Notes: a model not told the origin generated them from the letters alone. 64,000 bases of DNA from Callorhinchus milii (GCF_018977255.1 NW_024704742.1:133736001-133800000), one strand, 5' to 3'. Shown: positions 25,241 to 38,877, numbered from the stretch's first letter. Made by a program: numbers and translations.

Positions 25241-25929
25241 GGCGTTCAGGACTCAACAGCTGTTTGCTGACACATTTTCCTACAAATGAGTCACGACACT
25301 TTACTGCATATCTTGTGAAGTGCTTTGAGACATCTTGTCCCTAAGGTATTATATCAAAACAATAATTATATTCGTTTTTATTTATAACAATGTTCCTTTA
25401 AAAATGTCCATGAGGGATGGGATAAGGAATGTTTTGTGTTGAATCCGCACAGAATGCGCAGTGTGGACAGGACGCAAAGAGCTTTCAGGTCACAATGTTA
25501 CTTTATGGAAAGTAATTTACAGTGATACAGCAGTAATGACATGGAGGAGGGAAAAAATTGCAGGATGCAATGTGATAGTCTATCACATTATATACCACAT
25601 ATTCGCTATCCTGTGTCTATTGTATCTAGTCCAGAAGTATTCTGGTTGACATTAGACTAAAGGCAAAACTACAGAACCCATAGCGAAACACTCTCAGACT
25701 GCAATTGCACCAGGTTTCAGGGACAGTTTGTTCCCAGTTGTGTTGAAAATTGATCCTGCCTATGAGATGCACATTGGCAGGACAAAGAAGACACTGTGGA
25801 ATGATCCGCTCGCAGTAAATTTTGGAATGGTTCTTCTGATGAAAGCACAAGATGTGCTTCTTTAGAGTATCTGAGAGTGAGGCACATCTGAGGGACTGGG
25901 CAACCTTACCAAATACCCTGAGGAGACTA

Positions 25930-26290
25930 TAATAATAATAATAATAATAATAATAATCCTTGCATTTGATATAGAGCCTTATCACATTATCGAAATGTTT
26001 CAAAGTGCTTCACAGAATATACTGTACAATGCATTGACTGCATATTTTGTGGGTGAAACGCAGCAGCCAATTGCGCACAGCAGTGTCCCACAAACCATCG
26101 TGGATTGAATAGCCAAATTTTTTAAAAGGGATTATTACCGCCAATCGACTGACAACCGGGTTCCTAATTACTGCTAGGTAACCAGGCCTGTGGAGTAAGG
26201 AAACTTGCCATAAGTTTCACCCTGCCAGGAATCGAACCTAGGTCCTCTCTCTTGCGAGGTAAGTGCTCTAACCAATACTCTATAGGTCAT
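25930..26290 (-). mobile_element. tRNA-derived SINE, long subfamily
   Basis: (AAT)n tail at 25930, antisense body and head. Confidence 0.85.
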
Positions 26291-27203
26291 GCAGAACAGG
26301 GTTTAAATCCTCAAATCACAAGGTATATACTGTATCCTGAGATATTATTTTCCAGCAGAAATCCATCTAATTTGTTCTTGAAACAAATTATATTTTCTGC
26401 TTCCACAATCTCCCTTGTTCCACAAGTTTACTACTCGTTCAATGAAGTAGTTTTTCCGTAAATTTATTCTGAATTTCCCACCCTTCAATCACAAGCCATG
26501 TCCTCTGGTTCTACTGTTCAGTGCAAGATAAAACAGCTTATCATGGTCTACATTATTCCCTTCAGAATTTTAAAGACCGCAATCATATCGCCCGTTAATG
26601 TGAACATACCCAGTTTATCTAATCGCTCCTCGAAGTCCAGTCCAGACATCAAGCTGTCCAGAATCCTGCCCTCGACCACACTTCCTGCTTACATGTTCCA
26701 GCTGCTAATTAGCCTCTGGGTAATTTGCTTCCTGTTACTTGTCCTGAAGTTGTTCTTTATAAAACTAAGCTTATGTTACAATAACAATCGTTGCATTTGA
26801 CATCACATGCCGGTCTCCCTTTCACGTCGGGAGACCGTCTCAAAGTGCCTCACAGGATTTATTATGGTGTAGTGGCTGTGTATATCCAGCCAATTTGCAC
26901 TTTCAATTTCAATTTTAGCTGTTTTCATCAAAGGGACAGTTCTTGTTCGTGGCGTTTTGATATCTATCGCTGCAATTGGACATTTTGTTAAAATTGTACC
27001 GTTTTGTTGCATTTCAATGCTTTGTACGTGGAGAAGTCACAGTTGATGTCATTATTTTAACAACAGATAGAATTCTCCTCTCCCGTCGTTGTGCTTTGAA
27101 GCTTTGTTTGCTGAGTGGCTATCAGATGTCTCCACTCATCTCATCTCATGTGGCTTTCAATCGGACGCCTCCAACAACATTTGCACCTTAAAAAGATTCC
27201 ATT

Positions 27204-27532
27204 GGAGTCCTGTAGCTCAGTGGTTAGAGCACTCGCTTTGCGAGCGAAAGACCTGAGTTCAATTCCAGGCAGAGGGCGAAACCTTGGGCAAGTTTCCTTA
27301 CTCCACACAGAGCCTAATAATAATCCCTCCAAAACCAAAAGCAATAATAAATTGGTCATTTTCAATCTACGACTGTTTGTGGGACATTGCTGTGCGCAAT
27401 TGGCTGCCGCGTTCGCCCACAAATATACAGTCAATTCACTTTACAGTGTGTTCTGTGAAGCGCTTTGGGACATCCTCCCGACGTGAAAAGCGCTATATCA
27501 AATGCAAGGATTATTATTATTATTATTATTAT
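27204..27532 (+). mobile_element. Full-length young tRNA-derived SINE
   Basis: Near-identical to 7211-7528. Confidence 0.95.
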
Positions 27533-27809
27533 GTATTGTCGTAACCTCACTCTATTTTCAAACAGTTACATCCCCTCCAATGCCTCTTTCCTTAATGTAA
27601 GTGGCTCAAAATTGTCTTTGGTTATTCTAACCCACTCACAGGCAGACAAAGGATTATGCAGGAATTGGAAAGAACTTCTAAAACTCTTAGACACTTTGAA
27701 ACTATGAGTGTCCTGGTTTAAGTTTTCAATGTTTTATCAATCTGAGATGTCCAACCAAGATGCCATTGGTGTATTGTTTGGTCAGCCAGGTGGCTAACGC
27801 ACATAGAAA

Positions 27810-28263
27810 CAAGAACAACAACAACTTGGATTTAAATAGCGCCCTCCATGCCAGACAGCGTCTCAGAGCGTTTTACAGTAACGGATCCCGGGACCGAGCC
27901 AGGGGGAGGGGGAGGAAGGTGACCAAAGGCGCGGTCGAAAATAAAGGTCTTCAGCAGAGACCTGAAAATGGGAAGGGAGGGAGCGAGACGAAGGGAGTGA
28001 GGAAGGCAGTTCCAGAGCCTCAGAGCATAGTGGCTGAAGGCACAGCCGCCGAGGGTGGAGCAGAGGACTCGGGGGACGAGGAGGAGGCCAGACCCGGAGG
28101 AACGGAGGTAACGGCTACTGTTTTGAGGAGAGAGGAGGTGAGAGAGGTAGGGGGCTGCAAAGGAGTGCAGGGACTTGAATACAAGGGTGAGGATCTTGAA
28201 ATCGATCCTCTCTGGGATAGGCAGCCAGTGCAGTCTGGCAAGGACTGGGGTGATCAGGGAGCA
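27810..28263 (-). mobile_element. L2 3' fragment
   Basis: [46 protein letters not shown]. Confidence 0.9.
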
Positions 28264-28384
28264 GTCAGCCAGGTGGCTAACACATGGAAACAACAACAAC
28301 AACAACTTGGATTTATATAAATATAAATATAATAGAAATATTATATATTTATAACCCTTAATAATAATATTTTTTATATATATT

Positions 28385-28585
28385 GAAACCCATCACAGTG
28401 CGTAAGAGCATCCGTAATGAACTGAGAGTTCTACATATGTACCTCACCTACACATGGTAATTTCTTGTGTCTGGAGATATGCTCTCTCTCCCCCTGGAAA
28501 GATATACCCTGCTTACTTAATTCCAGAGAGTATTTGTCACAGGCCAGCAGGAGCTGAGGCTTGGGGAGTTTAACCAGCTAAAACT
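28385..28585 (+). repeat. Family X copy (5' part at ~27775-27810, split by L2)
   Basis: gaaaccccatcacagtgcgtaagag..ctgcttacttaattccagagagta..tttaaccagcta. Confidence 0.7.
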
Positions 28586-29554
28586 GAATAACTTTGTCAG
28601 GGATGCTGTTGTTCGGATGAGATGTTAACCCAAGAACTCGTCTGACAGGTGGACATTAAAGATCACACGGTTCTACTCGAAAAGAGAAGGTAGTTTCTCT
28701 CGATGTCCTGGCCGACAATCCCCAGGACAAAATTGATCATTCACTTCATGACTGGCTGAGGGAAATTGAAATCATTTCACTTATAAAATACATAGTCACT
28801 ACTCTTCACAGTAAAAATCCTGTGAAACCTTTGAGACACCTCTGCACATGATAAGACCCGATATGGAATGCAAGATTTACTGACATTTCTGGGTATCTGT
28901 TTCAAAGAGGAATTAAATTGCGATAGGAAGACCAGCGCAGTTTGACTTAAAGATCCAGCATTTTTTAACTTGTTCCTATAGTACTTTATCATTGCAAAAA
29001 ATAACATACCCATCAACACTGGGTAATTATTACCAAGCCAACAACTTGCATTTGTATAGCATCCCCCATGCATGGTAGCGTCTCAAGGCTCTTGACAGTA
29101 GCGGAGAGCGACTGGAGCTGTAGGACGGTGACCGTAGGCACGGTCTTAGAGGAAGGTTTTCAGGGAAAGGGACAAGGCTTGGAGGTAGAGGAGCTTTTCT
29201 CTAATTTAATTAAGTTTCCTAATTAAATGCAAGTTCTAATAATAATCATAATAATCCTTCCATTTGAAATGATATAGCACCTTCCACTACATTGAAATGT
29301 CTCAAATTGCTTCGTAAGATTTACTGTAGAGTGGAGTGACTGTGCATTCTGTAGGCAGCCAATTTGTGGTTAGCAATTTGTGTATGTACTTTCGAGTGTG
29401 TCTCGAATGTGTCTTGAATCAGTTACATCAGTGAATAAAATATACTCTCTGTCTTTTAGATTATCACACCTAACAATTCTTCCTAACAACCATTTCCATT
29501 TTTGTTGGGTAACACTGGTTTAAAGAAGTATAGAAAATAAGAATACAAATCGTA

Positions 29555-29930
29555 GCATTTGATATTGTGTCTTTTGCATCAAGAGGACATCTCCAAACAT
29601 TTCTCAGGAGATACTGTAAAGTGGAATGACTACATTTTGTGAAGAAACGCAGCAGCCAGTTTGCGAATAGCAATATCCCACAAACAGCAATGAAGTATAT
29701 GACCAATTTTATGTGGGTGATTGTTGGCCAGGATACGGAGAGAAACTCCATTTTCTTTTTGGCTAATGCGATCAGATCTTTAACGTTCACCCAAGCAGGC
29801 AGACAGGATCTTGGTTTAACGTCTCATCCGAAGGACGACACCTCCAAGAACACAGCACAACCCCAGCACTACACTGGCAGATTAGCATAGACTGTGAGGT
29901 CAAAGGCCCGAAATGGACTTGAACCACAAT
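29555..29930 (-). mobile_element. Deu-domain SINE
   Basis: Antisense Deu core ggcagacaggatcttggtttaacgtctcatccgaagga. Confidence 0.78.
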
Positions 29931-31358
29931 CTCTTCATCATGGTGATGGAATGCAAAAGAAGATAGGATCGGTGTGGGGGGGGGGGTCATTTGACCTTTG
30001 AATCTGTTGCTTCCTGTAGCCTGGGGGGAGTTTAAGAACTCCAAGGTGCTGGCCTTGATATGAAGTGTGCTATATAAATGCAAATTCTTGTTGTTGTTGG
30101 AGTCCTATGGAATATTGGTTAGAGCACTCTACTCGCATACGAGAGGACCAGGGTTTGATTCCCGGGTGGGCGAAACCATAGGCAAGTGTCTTTACTCTAC
30201 ACATCTCCATTTACTTAGCAGTTAGTAGCGATCTGGTTATTAGTCAATTGGTGGATCGCTTTCCAATGGTAACAATACAGAAAATACAGTCAAATTACAT
30301 TACAGTGTATTTTGTGAAGAACTTTGAGACATTTCAATAACATTTCAACATCCCAGGTGGTTTTGCCTGCAATGATTTCATGTGAAAGAAATAGCATGAT
30401 GCCACAATGGGAATGTGATAATGGTTTGCTGTTCTGGAAGGATGAAATCAATAGTCTGAATAGTTTTTTTTCCCTGCGCCTTTCTTGTGAGCTTATGGGT
30501 CGTCAATATAAAATAAATTGTCAGAGAGGCACAGACATCATACAGTGCCAATTGGTGACGCCTGGCACAGTTGGTAGCACAAACATATCTGAGTCACATC
30601 GGGACTTTGAGCTCACAGTCTGGGCTGACACTCCAAAGTGTTTCTAAGGGTACGCTGTATTTTTGGACATGCCGCCCTTTGCTGCGACAAAAACCGAGGT
30701 CCCATTTGTCTGTACAAATGGACGTTAAAGATCCTCACAGAACTATTCGAAAACAGAAGGAAATGTCTCCTGATGTCCTGGCCAACAATCGTCATGATAA
30801 AATTGTTCATTCACATCATGGCAGTTTGGATGATAATAGCTGGAGGCAAACCGGCTGCTACAATTCTCCTTCTGATATGCAGTGAAATGCAGAGGCACAT
30901 TGAGATGCTTTGACCCTTAGATGTGGCTCTACATCAAAAAGAAGGATTATAATGAATAGTAAAACCATTTTGATAAGGTAGCGTACTTTCTGGGACAGCC
31001 AACTGGATTACATTAACAGAACTGATTGACTGTCTAAAACAAAATGTAACTTTTAGCAAATCAGAGTGCCTTATCTACAGTATAAAATCAACAACAAAAT
31101 TACATTTATGTAGTGCCCTTTCACTTCAGGAGGATGTCCCAAAGTGCTGGAAAATCAATAGGGCAAGAAGATCCTGTCAATCCAACTCAATACTATTTGT
31201 TTAATCACAAATATTTTTGACACATTAGGGAGCTGTAACAGATTGCAGATACTCAGTCACTTGAATACTTGAAAATGTCTCATTATTTTCTCTGTACCCG
31301 CAGGTTTCAGAGCTGTGTGGCTTCTGTTGCTATTACCTCCATCAATACACCCATCAAC

Positions 31359-33692
31359 ACAACAACAAAATTATATTTGTAGAGCGCCTTTAACATCGGG
31401 AGGATGTCCCAAAGCACTGAACATTCAGGTTACGGGGCCCGAGCATTGGGAAGGGGTAGTGTAGGGGTGAGGGAAGGCAGAGAGGTGGGAGGGAGACCAC
31501 AAGTAACCACAGTCGAAGCGAAGGGTCTTGAGACCGGCCTTGAAGGAGGCAAGGGAGGTAGCGAGGCGAAGGGACTGTGGGATGGAGTTCCAGACTGTGG
31601 GGGCAGAGAGGCTGAAAGGCCGGCCACCGATGGAAGGGTGGGTCGGGCGGGAGACATGGACTAGGCTGGAGTTTGATGAGTGGAGGGAGCGGGCAGTGGT
31701 AGGGGTCAGCAGGTCAGAGAGGTAAGAGGGGGCAAGGCCATGGATGGCCTTAAAGATGAGGACGAGGATCCTGAATTCGATCTTCTGGGGGATGGGGAGC
31801 CTGTGGAGTCAGGTGAAGGTGGGAGTGTTGGGGTCACGGAGCCCGGTGCGCGAGAGTACACGAGCTGCAGAGTTTTGGATGATCTGCAGCTTCTGAAGGG
31901 AAGGGTTGGGAAGGCCGATGAGGAGGGAGTTCCCATTATCAAGCCTTGAGATAACGAATGCATGGGTAAGGGTTTCAGCAGCCTGAGAGTTGAGACAGTG
32001 ACGGAGTCTGGCAATATTGCGGAGGTGGTGGTAGGCAGTGCCAGTCATGGCGCGGATGTGGGGGAGAAAGGACAGTTCAGGGTCAAACAAGATACCCAGG
32101 TTCCTGACTGGCTTAGTGAGGTTGAGTGTGCAGCCGTGGAGGCTGATGCTGCCAGCACCTGAGGTGCGGAGGCGCTGGCATGAGCCAATCAGGAGGGCCT
32201 CGGTCTTGCTGACATTCAGTTGGAGAAAGTTGGCCCTCCTCCAGGACTTGATGTCGGACAGGCAATCAGACAGGACGCCAGTAGTCCTGGAGTTCAGGGT
32301 GGAGGCAGAGAGGTAGAGTTGGGTGTCATCTGCATACATGTGGAAATTTACCCCATGCCTCCGGATGACGTCACTAAAGGGAGCATGTAGAGGGTGAAGA
32401 GGAGAGGACTGAGGACAGAACCCTGAGGAACACCCCACGATACGGCGCGGGGGCTGGAGGAGAAGCCATTAGCCGCGACGAAGTGGAGGCGGTGTGAAAG
32501 GTAGGATTTGAACCAGTCAAGGACAGAGCTTTGAAGGTTGAGGTGGGAGGAGAGGCGGTGGAGAAGGATTGAGTGGTCCACGGTGTCAAAGGTGGCGCAG
32601 AGGTCGAGGAGAACGAGGAGGCAGAGGGAGCCCTGGTCACACATGGTCAGGATGTCGTTTGTGACCTTGACCAGAGCACTTTCTGTGCTGTGGGCAGCAC
32701 GGAAACCTGATTGGAAAGGTTCATGGAGGGAGTGAGAGGAGAGGAAAGAGCGAAGCTGGGAGGCAATGGCTCTCTCAAGGATCTTGGGTAGGAAGGGGAA
32801 ATTTGAGATAGGCCAGTAGCTAGATAGCTGAGATGGGTCGAGGGAAGGTTTCTTCAGGGTGGGGATGATAGTGGCTGTTTTGAGCGGGGAAGGAACAGTG
32901 CCAGATGACAGGGAGAGGTTAATGATGTCAGCGAGTAATGGGGCAAGGAGGTCGAGCTGAGATTTAAGGAGAAGGGTAGGGATGGGGTCAAGGGAGCAGG
33001 TGATGGACTTCATGGAGGTTACCGTGTTGAAGACAGAGGACGGGGTGACAGCTTCAAAGGTGTGGAAGGAGGGATGGGTAATTGTCGGATGGGTAATTGT
33101 GTGAGGTGGGGGTAGGGAGGGGTTGGAAATTCAGAAGGTAGTGGCAGCTGAGTGGATTCCCTCAATTTTGGACTCGAGGAAGTCCAGCATTTTCTCGCAG
33201 TGAGAGTCAGAGAAAAGTATCTGCAAGACGTTTCGGGGAGGGCAGAGGAGCTGGTTAGTGGTGGAGAGCAGGAACCTGGGATTGCCTTTGGCCTCCAGGA
33301 TTAACCTGGAATAGAAGGCTGATTTTGCTGAGGCGAGAGCGGAGCAGTAGTTCTTAATGAGTTCCAGCCAGATGTAGCGGTGGACTGTTAGGCCGGATTT
33401 GAGCCAAGTGCATTCGCCAGACCGCACCTGGCCCTTAAGCAAGCGGAGGTGGCTGGTGAACCAGGGTGAGGATTGGGAATAGGAGGCAGTTCGAGAGGTG
33501 AGGGGGGCAAGGACACCAAGTGTGGTGGAGAGGGTGCTGTGGAGAAGAGTGAGTGCAGAGAGTGGATTGTTGCGAGAGGTGGGCCAGAGGGGGAGGAGAT
33601 CAGAGGACTCCAGGGCAGCGGAGAGGGATTTCGGGGAGATCTTCTTCCATGGGCGGTAGAAGATGGTGATAGGTTTGGAGGCAGTGGGGAGA
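31359..33692 (-). mobile_element. 5'-truncated L2-clade LINE (ORF2 RT region, frameshifted, plus 3' UTR)
   Basis: ORF pieces carry QSGFRAAHSTESAL, VLLDLCATFDTVDH, GVPQGSVLSPLLF and YADDTQLY. It has a 3' stem-loop and (TTG)n tail, and a possible 6-bp TSD atcaac at 31353 and 33693. Confidence 0.95.
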
Positions 33693-33829
33693 ATCAACCA
33701 TATTGATTACAGTGTCCTGGCCTGTCACCGTCTTAGTTTTCTCTGTAGGATGAAGTACATAAATCAAAAGTTTACAAGAAATTTACAGCACCAAGCAAAG
33801 ATCAAATGTGCCCCCATTTCTTTCCTTTT

Positions 33830-34140
33830 TTTCAAGCAGCCGGGTGTCTGACACAGAGTACCAACCCATCACAGTGCTCAAGAGTATCCAAACCAGACAG
33901 AGAGTTCCACATATGTCTGCCACTCACACATGACAATTTCCCTGTGTTTGGAATTGAATATGCACGTTCTCTCCCTCGAGGAGCGAACCCTGCTTACCCA
34001 ATTCCAAAGAGTACTAGGGAGCACTCTTGACATGAAATGTAATTTGTTGCTGTTGTTGAAGCAGGTTGGCGAGAGTCAAGGGTTGGGGACCTCAAAGTGT
34101 GCATTGGGTTAACTGCATTGGAGGTTAACCAGCTAAGACT
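33830..34140 (+). repeat. Family X copy
   Basis: cagccgggtgtctgacac..cccatcacagtgctcaagagtatccaaacc..ctgcttacccaattcc..ggttaaccagcta. Confidence 0.75.
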
Positions 34141-34391
34141 GCAAGGCTTGCCATTGAGAGCACAATCTCCGAGACAAAGTAAGTCATTGTGGGATATTGA
34201 TGGATACATGTTGGGGCCCGCATTCGACCACAAAATATATTCAGCCGTGACACTACACTCTACAGTAATAAGTGCTTTGAGACATTTTGATGATGTGATA
34301 AGGTGCTATATCAAATGCAAGGATTAATATTATTAAAAGCTATTCTTATGGTTTTGATTTTAAGGTTATGGCTCCTGGATCCCTCTATTAC

Positions 34392-34762
34392 AGTCCTGTA
34401 GTGTATTGGTTGGAACTCTCGCCTCGCAAGAGAGGGGACCCAAGTTCGATTCCCAGGCAGAGCAAAACCTTATTCAAGTTTCATTAATCCACATGCCTCT
34501 GTTTACCAAGCAGAAAATAGAAACCCGATTGTTAGTCGATTGGCGGATCGTTTTCCGGTGATAACAATCCCTTCAAAAATAAATAAATAATCATTTGGTC
34601 ACTCAATCGACGATTGTTTGTGGGATGCTGCTGTGCGCAATTGGCTGCCGTGTTTTCCCCACAAAATATACAGATAATTCACTTGACAAACATATTCTAT
34701 GAAGCGCTTTGAGATATCTCAATGATATGATAAGCGTGCTATACCAAATGCAAGGATTAATA
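34392..34762 (+). mobile_element. tRNA-derived SINE, long subfamily
   Basis: Head (ctcgcctcgcaag), insert, body and tail. Confidence 0.85.
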
Positions 34763-36053
34763 TCAAGTGTCGGACTTTAGGAATTTGCAATAATTTTCAA
34801 ATTGGGATTTGGAGAAAAGTTAAGTTGTAATTATCGTGGGTTTAAAAAGAATTCAGAGGCTCTGATATGACACCAAAATAATTTCCACATTTTAGATACA
34901 TTATGAATTTAATAAAATATAATGAAGATGACTGCCGGTTTCGTCAGGATTGTCCTTAGCAATAAAGATCCCTTGCACTTGGATGAGATGCTTTGTCCTG
35001 CAGACTTTGCCTAAGAGCCACTCAATGTCTAATATGGTCCTGAGGAATAGAGGGCAATGAGTATCAGTCTGGGTCAGTTGGTGGCGTTCTCACTTCTGGG
35101 TGAGAAGATTATGGGTTCAAGTCCCACATTGGCACTTTGAACTAGAAACCTGGGCTTACATTCCAATGAAGTGTTGTCAAATCAAGAATTATTATTATTA
35201 TAGAACTCACAAAATCACACAATTAGTTTGGATGAAGAAAACCCTTCGGCCCATCCGATCTCATGCTTCCAGAAACCCCCCAAAACGCGGTCGAAGAGAT
35301 AAATCTTTAAATATTGGCTGAATTGAAGAAATGTTTTAAACAGCCTTTAAGCTAAAACTAGGTGAAATTTCAGCCGAGTGGTTCAGGCTGATCACGCAGA
35401 CTTGGCATAACGGGAGAAGTGGTTCTGCTTGCTGTGTTGTACAGACCTCCTGCAGTTAGCTATACCCTCAACTCTAACTCAAGCTGTGCTGGAATCGAGC
35501 TTCCTAGGAAACAGCAGGTAGGAATACACAACTATTCACCGGAGAGCCTTTAAGCACTCTGCAATGTTATCCAATGTAAAAGCTGCTATGTCAATCAATG
35601 CAAGTTGTTATCGTACAATGTAAATGAATTGCTGGATAAAATGATTGTAATCCTTACATTTAATTTTGTGCCTTTCATGTCAGAAGGACATCTCACTGCA
35701 ATCCATTAGGATACAACAACAAAATTACATTTGTAGAACGCCTTTCATGTCGGGAGAACGTAAATTGAAGTGACTGTGTACTTTGATGGCAAACACAGCA
35801 GCCAATTTGCACACAGCAACGACCCATAAACAGCCGGGAAACAGTTAACCAATTTTATCTGGGGTTTGTAAGCCAGGATATTGGGAGAAACTCCCTTCTC
35901 TTTTCGAGCAGTGCCATGGGTTCTTTAACCTCCACCTTTACAGGCAGACAGAACCTCAAAACCTCTGAAATGATACCTCAATATAAAAATTATAAAAAAT
36001 CATAACCCCAAGCACTACATTGGAGTGTCAGCTTAGATTATGTGGGTACAAAG

Positions 36054-36404
36054 TGGAGTCCTGTACCTCAATGGTTAGAGCATGTACCTAGCAAGTGAGA
36101 GACCTGTGTTTGATTCCCGGCAAAACTTTGAGCAAGTTTCCTTACTCCACACTTCTCTATTTACCTAGCAGTAAGTGGGAACATGGTTGTTAGTCGATTG
36201 GCACATCGGTTTTCCGGGGGTAATGATTCCTTCAAAAAAAAATTGGTCACTCAATCCACAACGTTTGTGGATTCTGCTGTGTGCAATTGGCTGCCACATT
36301 TCACCCACAAAATATGCAGTCAATTCACTTCACAGTATTTGAGCACTTTGAGACGTCTCGAAGATGTGATGAGGCGCCAAATCAAATGCAAGCATTATTA
36401 TTAT
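36054..36404 (+). mobile_element. tRNA-derived SINE, long subfamily
   Basis: Carries the extra tttacctagcagtaagt..gttagtcgattggc segment. Confidence 0.85.
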
Positions 36405-36462
36405 AAAGTCCCGATATGGAGCTTGTATCCACAACCTTCTGACTCAGAGACTTGTGCAGTGC

Positions 36463-36992
36463 TGTAGCTCAGTGGTTAGAGCACTTGCCTCACAAGCGAG
36501 AGACCTGGGTTCAACTCCCAGCAGGGCGAAACCTTGGGCAAGTTTCCTTGCTCCACAAGCCTGATAATAATCCCTCAAGAAAAACAAAAACAATAATAAA
36601 TTGGTCACTTCAATCCACGACTATCTGTGGGACACTACTGTGTTTCACCCACAATATATACAGTCAATTTACTTGACAGTAGATTCTGTGAAGCGCTAAT
36701 AATAATCCCTCCAAAAAAACAAAACAATAATAAATTGGTCATTTTCAATCCACGACTGTTTGTGGGACATTGCTGTGCGCAATTGGCTGCCGCGTTCGCC
36801 CACAAATATACAGTCAATTCACTTTACAATATATTCTGTGAAGCGCTTTGGGACGTCTAGAAGACGTGAAAAGCGCTATATCAAATGCAAGGATTATTAT
36901 TGTTATTATTATTATTATATTGAGACATCCAGAAGACATGAAAAGCGCCATATCAAAAATGCAAAATGCAAGGATTATCAAATGCAAGGATT
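36463..36992 (+). mobile_element. Tandem/chimeric SINEs with a reiterated body and tail
   Basis: Head at 36463, body restarts at ~36698, and aaatgcaagg tails are repeated to 36992. Confidence 0.85.
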
Positions 36993-38286
36993 AGAGACAA
37001 GGCTGCTACCAACTGAGCCAGGCTGACACACCAGATGACCCCAACTCAAGTGATGCAATGAGACACCTTAAGTGATGCCTTTATTATGGTTAATATGACA
37101 GCCACACTATTAGATGATTGGGACTAAATTTAGAAGCTTTCAGCAGCTCTCATGCTCATCCAAGTGAGATATGGAGAGAAGTGACGATAGATTTCAACAC
37201 TCCCCAGTCTTAATGGCATGTGTGGGGAAAAAGATCTATTATTGAACAGTACTGGTCATTTAATAAAGTTTGTCAAGCTAAACAAGAAAATTATCTGTTG
37301 AACACAAGGCACATATTCAAACAAAGAGACATATTTCAGGGACAGAAATACCTTCAGGGACAGAATGTCAGTCTGGTTCAGTTGGTTGCACTCTTGTCTC
37401 TGAGGTGCAAGGCTGTGGGTTCAAGCCCCATGTCGGGTCTTTGAATTCACAGTCTAAGATGGAGCTCTGGTGAAAGATCACACGGCACTATTTGAAAAGT
37501 GAAGGTGGTTTCCCCTGGTGTCCTAGCCGAAATTCTCCTTCATCCACTTCATGGCTGTTTGTGGGATATTGCAGTACGCTGCGCTATTGCCTACAAAGTA
37601 CACAGTCACTACATTTCACAGTAAAATCCTGCCAAGTGTTGAAACTCTCTTCCAATTTCCTCCACATTTATCAACACTTCCACAGTGCAGTGGGTAAGGA
37701 ACATTGAAATGTACAGTACAATTTTTAGGATAATTATTATTAGAGCATGAATGAAATTTGAGATGTTCTCCTAACTTGAAAGGAGTTCGCTGAATATAAA
37801 TGTAAATGTGTAGCTTTACAATGAGGGTCACTGGGAGGTAGTGAGTGTTTACCTTCTACACACTTTCCCTCCCATCAAAGATCAGCCAGATGAAGCTAAT
37901 TGCTGTTGATATGCTTTGTCTCAACCATGACAAACCCCTGCTGAGATGTACAGCTCCACGCTGGTCAATTATTCAAAGGGAATTAATAATTAAATCTGTT
38001 CTATTTAATTACAATTCACGCCTCACTTTACTCTGTGTATTGATGTCACCCACAGGTAATCTCGTTCATCTCAATTGGACAATTTGATCTTGTGCCAGCA
38101 AACAATGAGATTAAAATAACTTTGGCTCAGAAATGTCACCGGGACTCAGCGTGCCCCTCCCTCCAACCCTCCGTCCCTCCCATCAGCTCGTTCAAGGTCC
38201 ATCTAAAGATCTACTTCTTTGACTGTGCTTGACCCATCCACCCATCCCCCAGCTCGGGTGCTCCGCGAGCAGTGTTGAGCACTGTG

Positions 38287-38645
38287 GAATCTTGTAGCTC
38301 AGTGGTTAGAGCACTCTCCTCGCAAGTGAGACGTGGGTTCAATTCCCGGCAGGGTGAAACGTTAGGCAAGTTTCCTTACTCCACATGCCTCTTTTATCTA
38401 GCAGTAAGTAGGAACATGGTTATTAGTTGATTGGCAGATCACTTTCTGGTGATAATAATCTCTTAGAAAAAAGGTCACTCAATCCACAACTGTTTGTAGG
38501 ACACTAATATGCGCAATTGGCTTCTGTGTTTCGCCCACAAAATATACAGTCAATTCACTTTACAGTATATTCTGTGAAGCGCTTTGAGATATCTCGAAGA
38601 TGTGATAAGGCGCTATATCAAATGCAAGAATTATTTATTATTATT
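38287..38645 (+). mobile_element. tRNA-derived SINE, long subfamily
   Basis: A and B boxes, insert, body and tail. Confidence 0.88.
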
Positions 38646-38877
38646 TAATGGGACATTTTTTCTGAAGCGAAAACCCTGTGTAAAATGTAAATTTATATTG
38701 TATTATATTGTTACGTCATTTCCTTGCTGGCCTTTAGAATTATAACATAGAGTCATTCACTGACTCGAGGAGAAATTGGGGTAGTAGCAGACAGGGAGCA
38801 GGGGTTATGGGAGAGCAAAGCCACAGGAATGGAGGGTAGAATAATATTCTGTTCATTTGGAGGTTAAAGGAACAGTA

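Noticed and set aside
35405..35520. Plus-strand exon ending in CAG|gtagga
   Set aside because: The frame GEVVLLAVLYRPP resembles a LINE endonuclease motif, so it is more likely a LINE relic.
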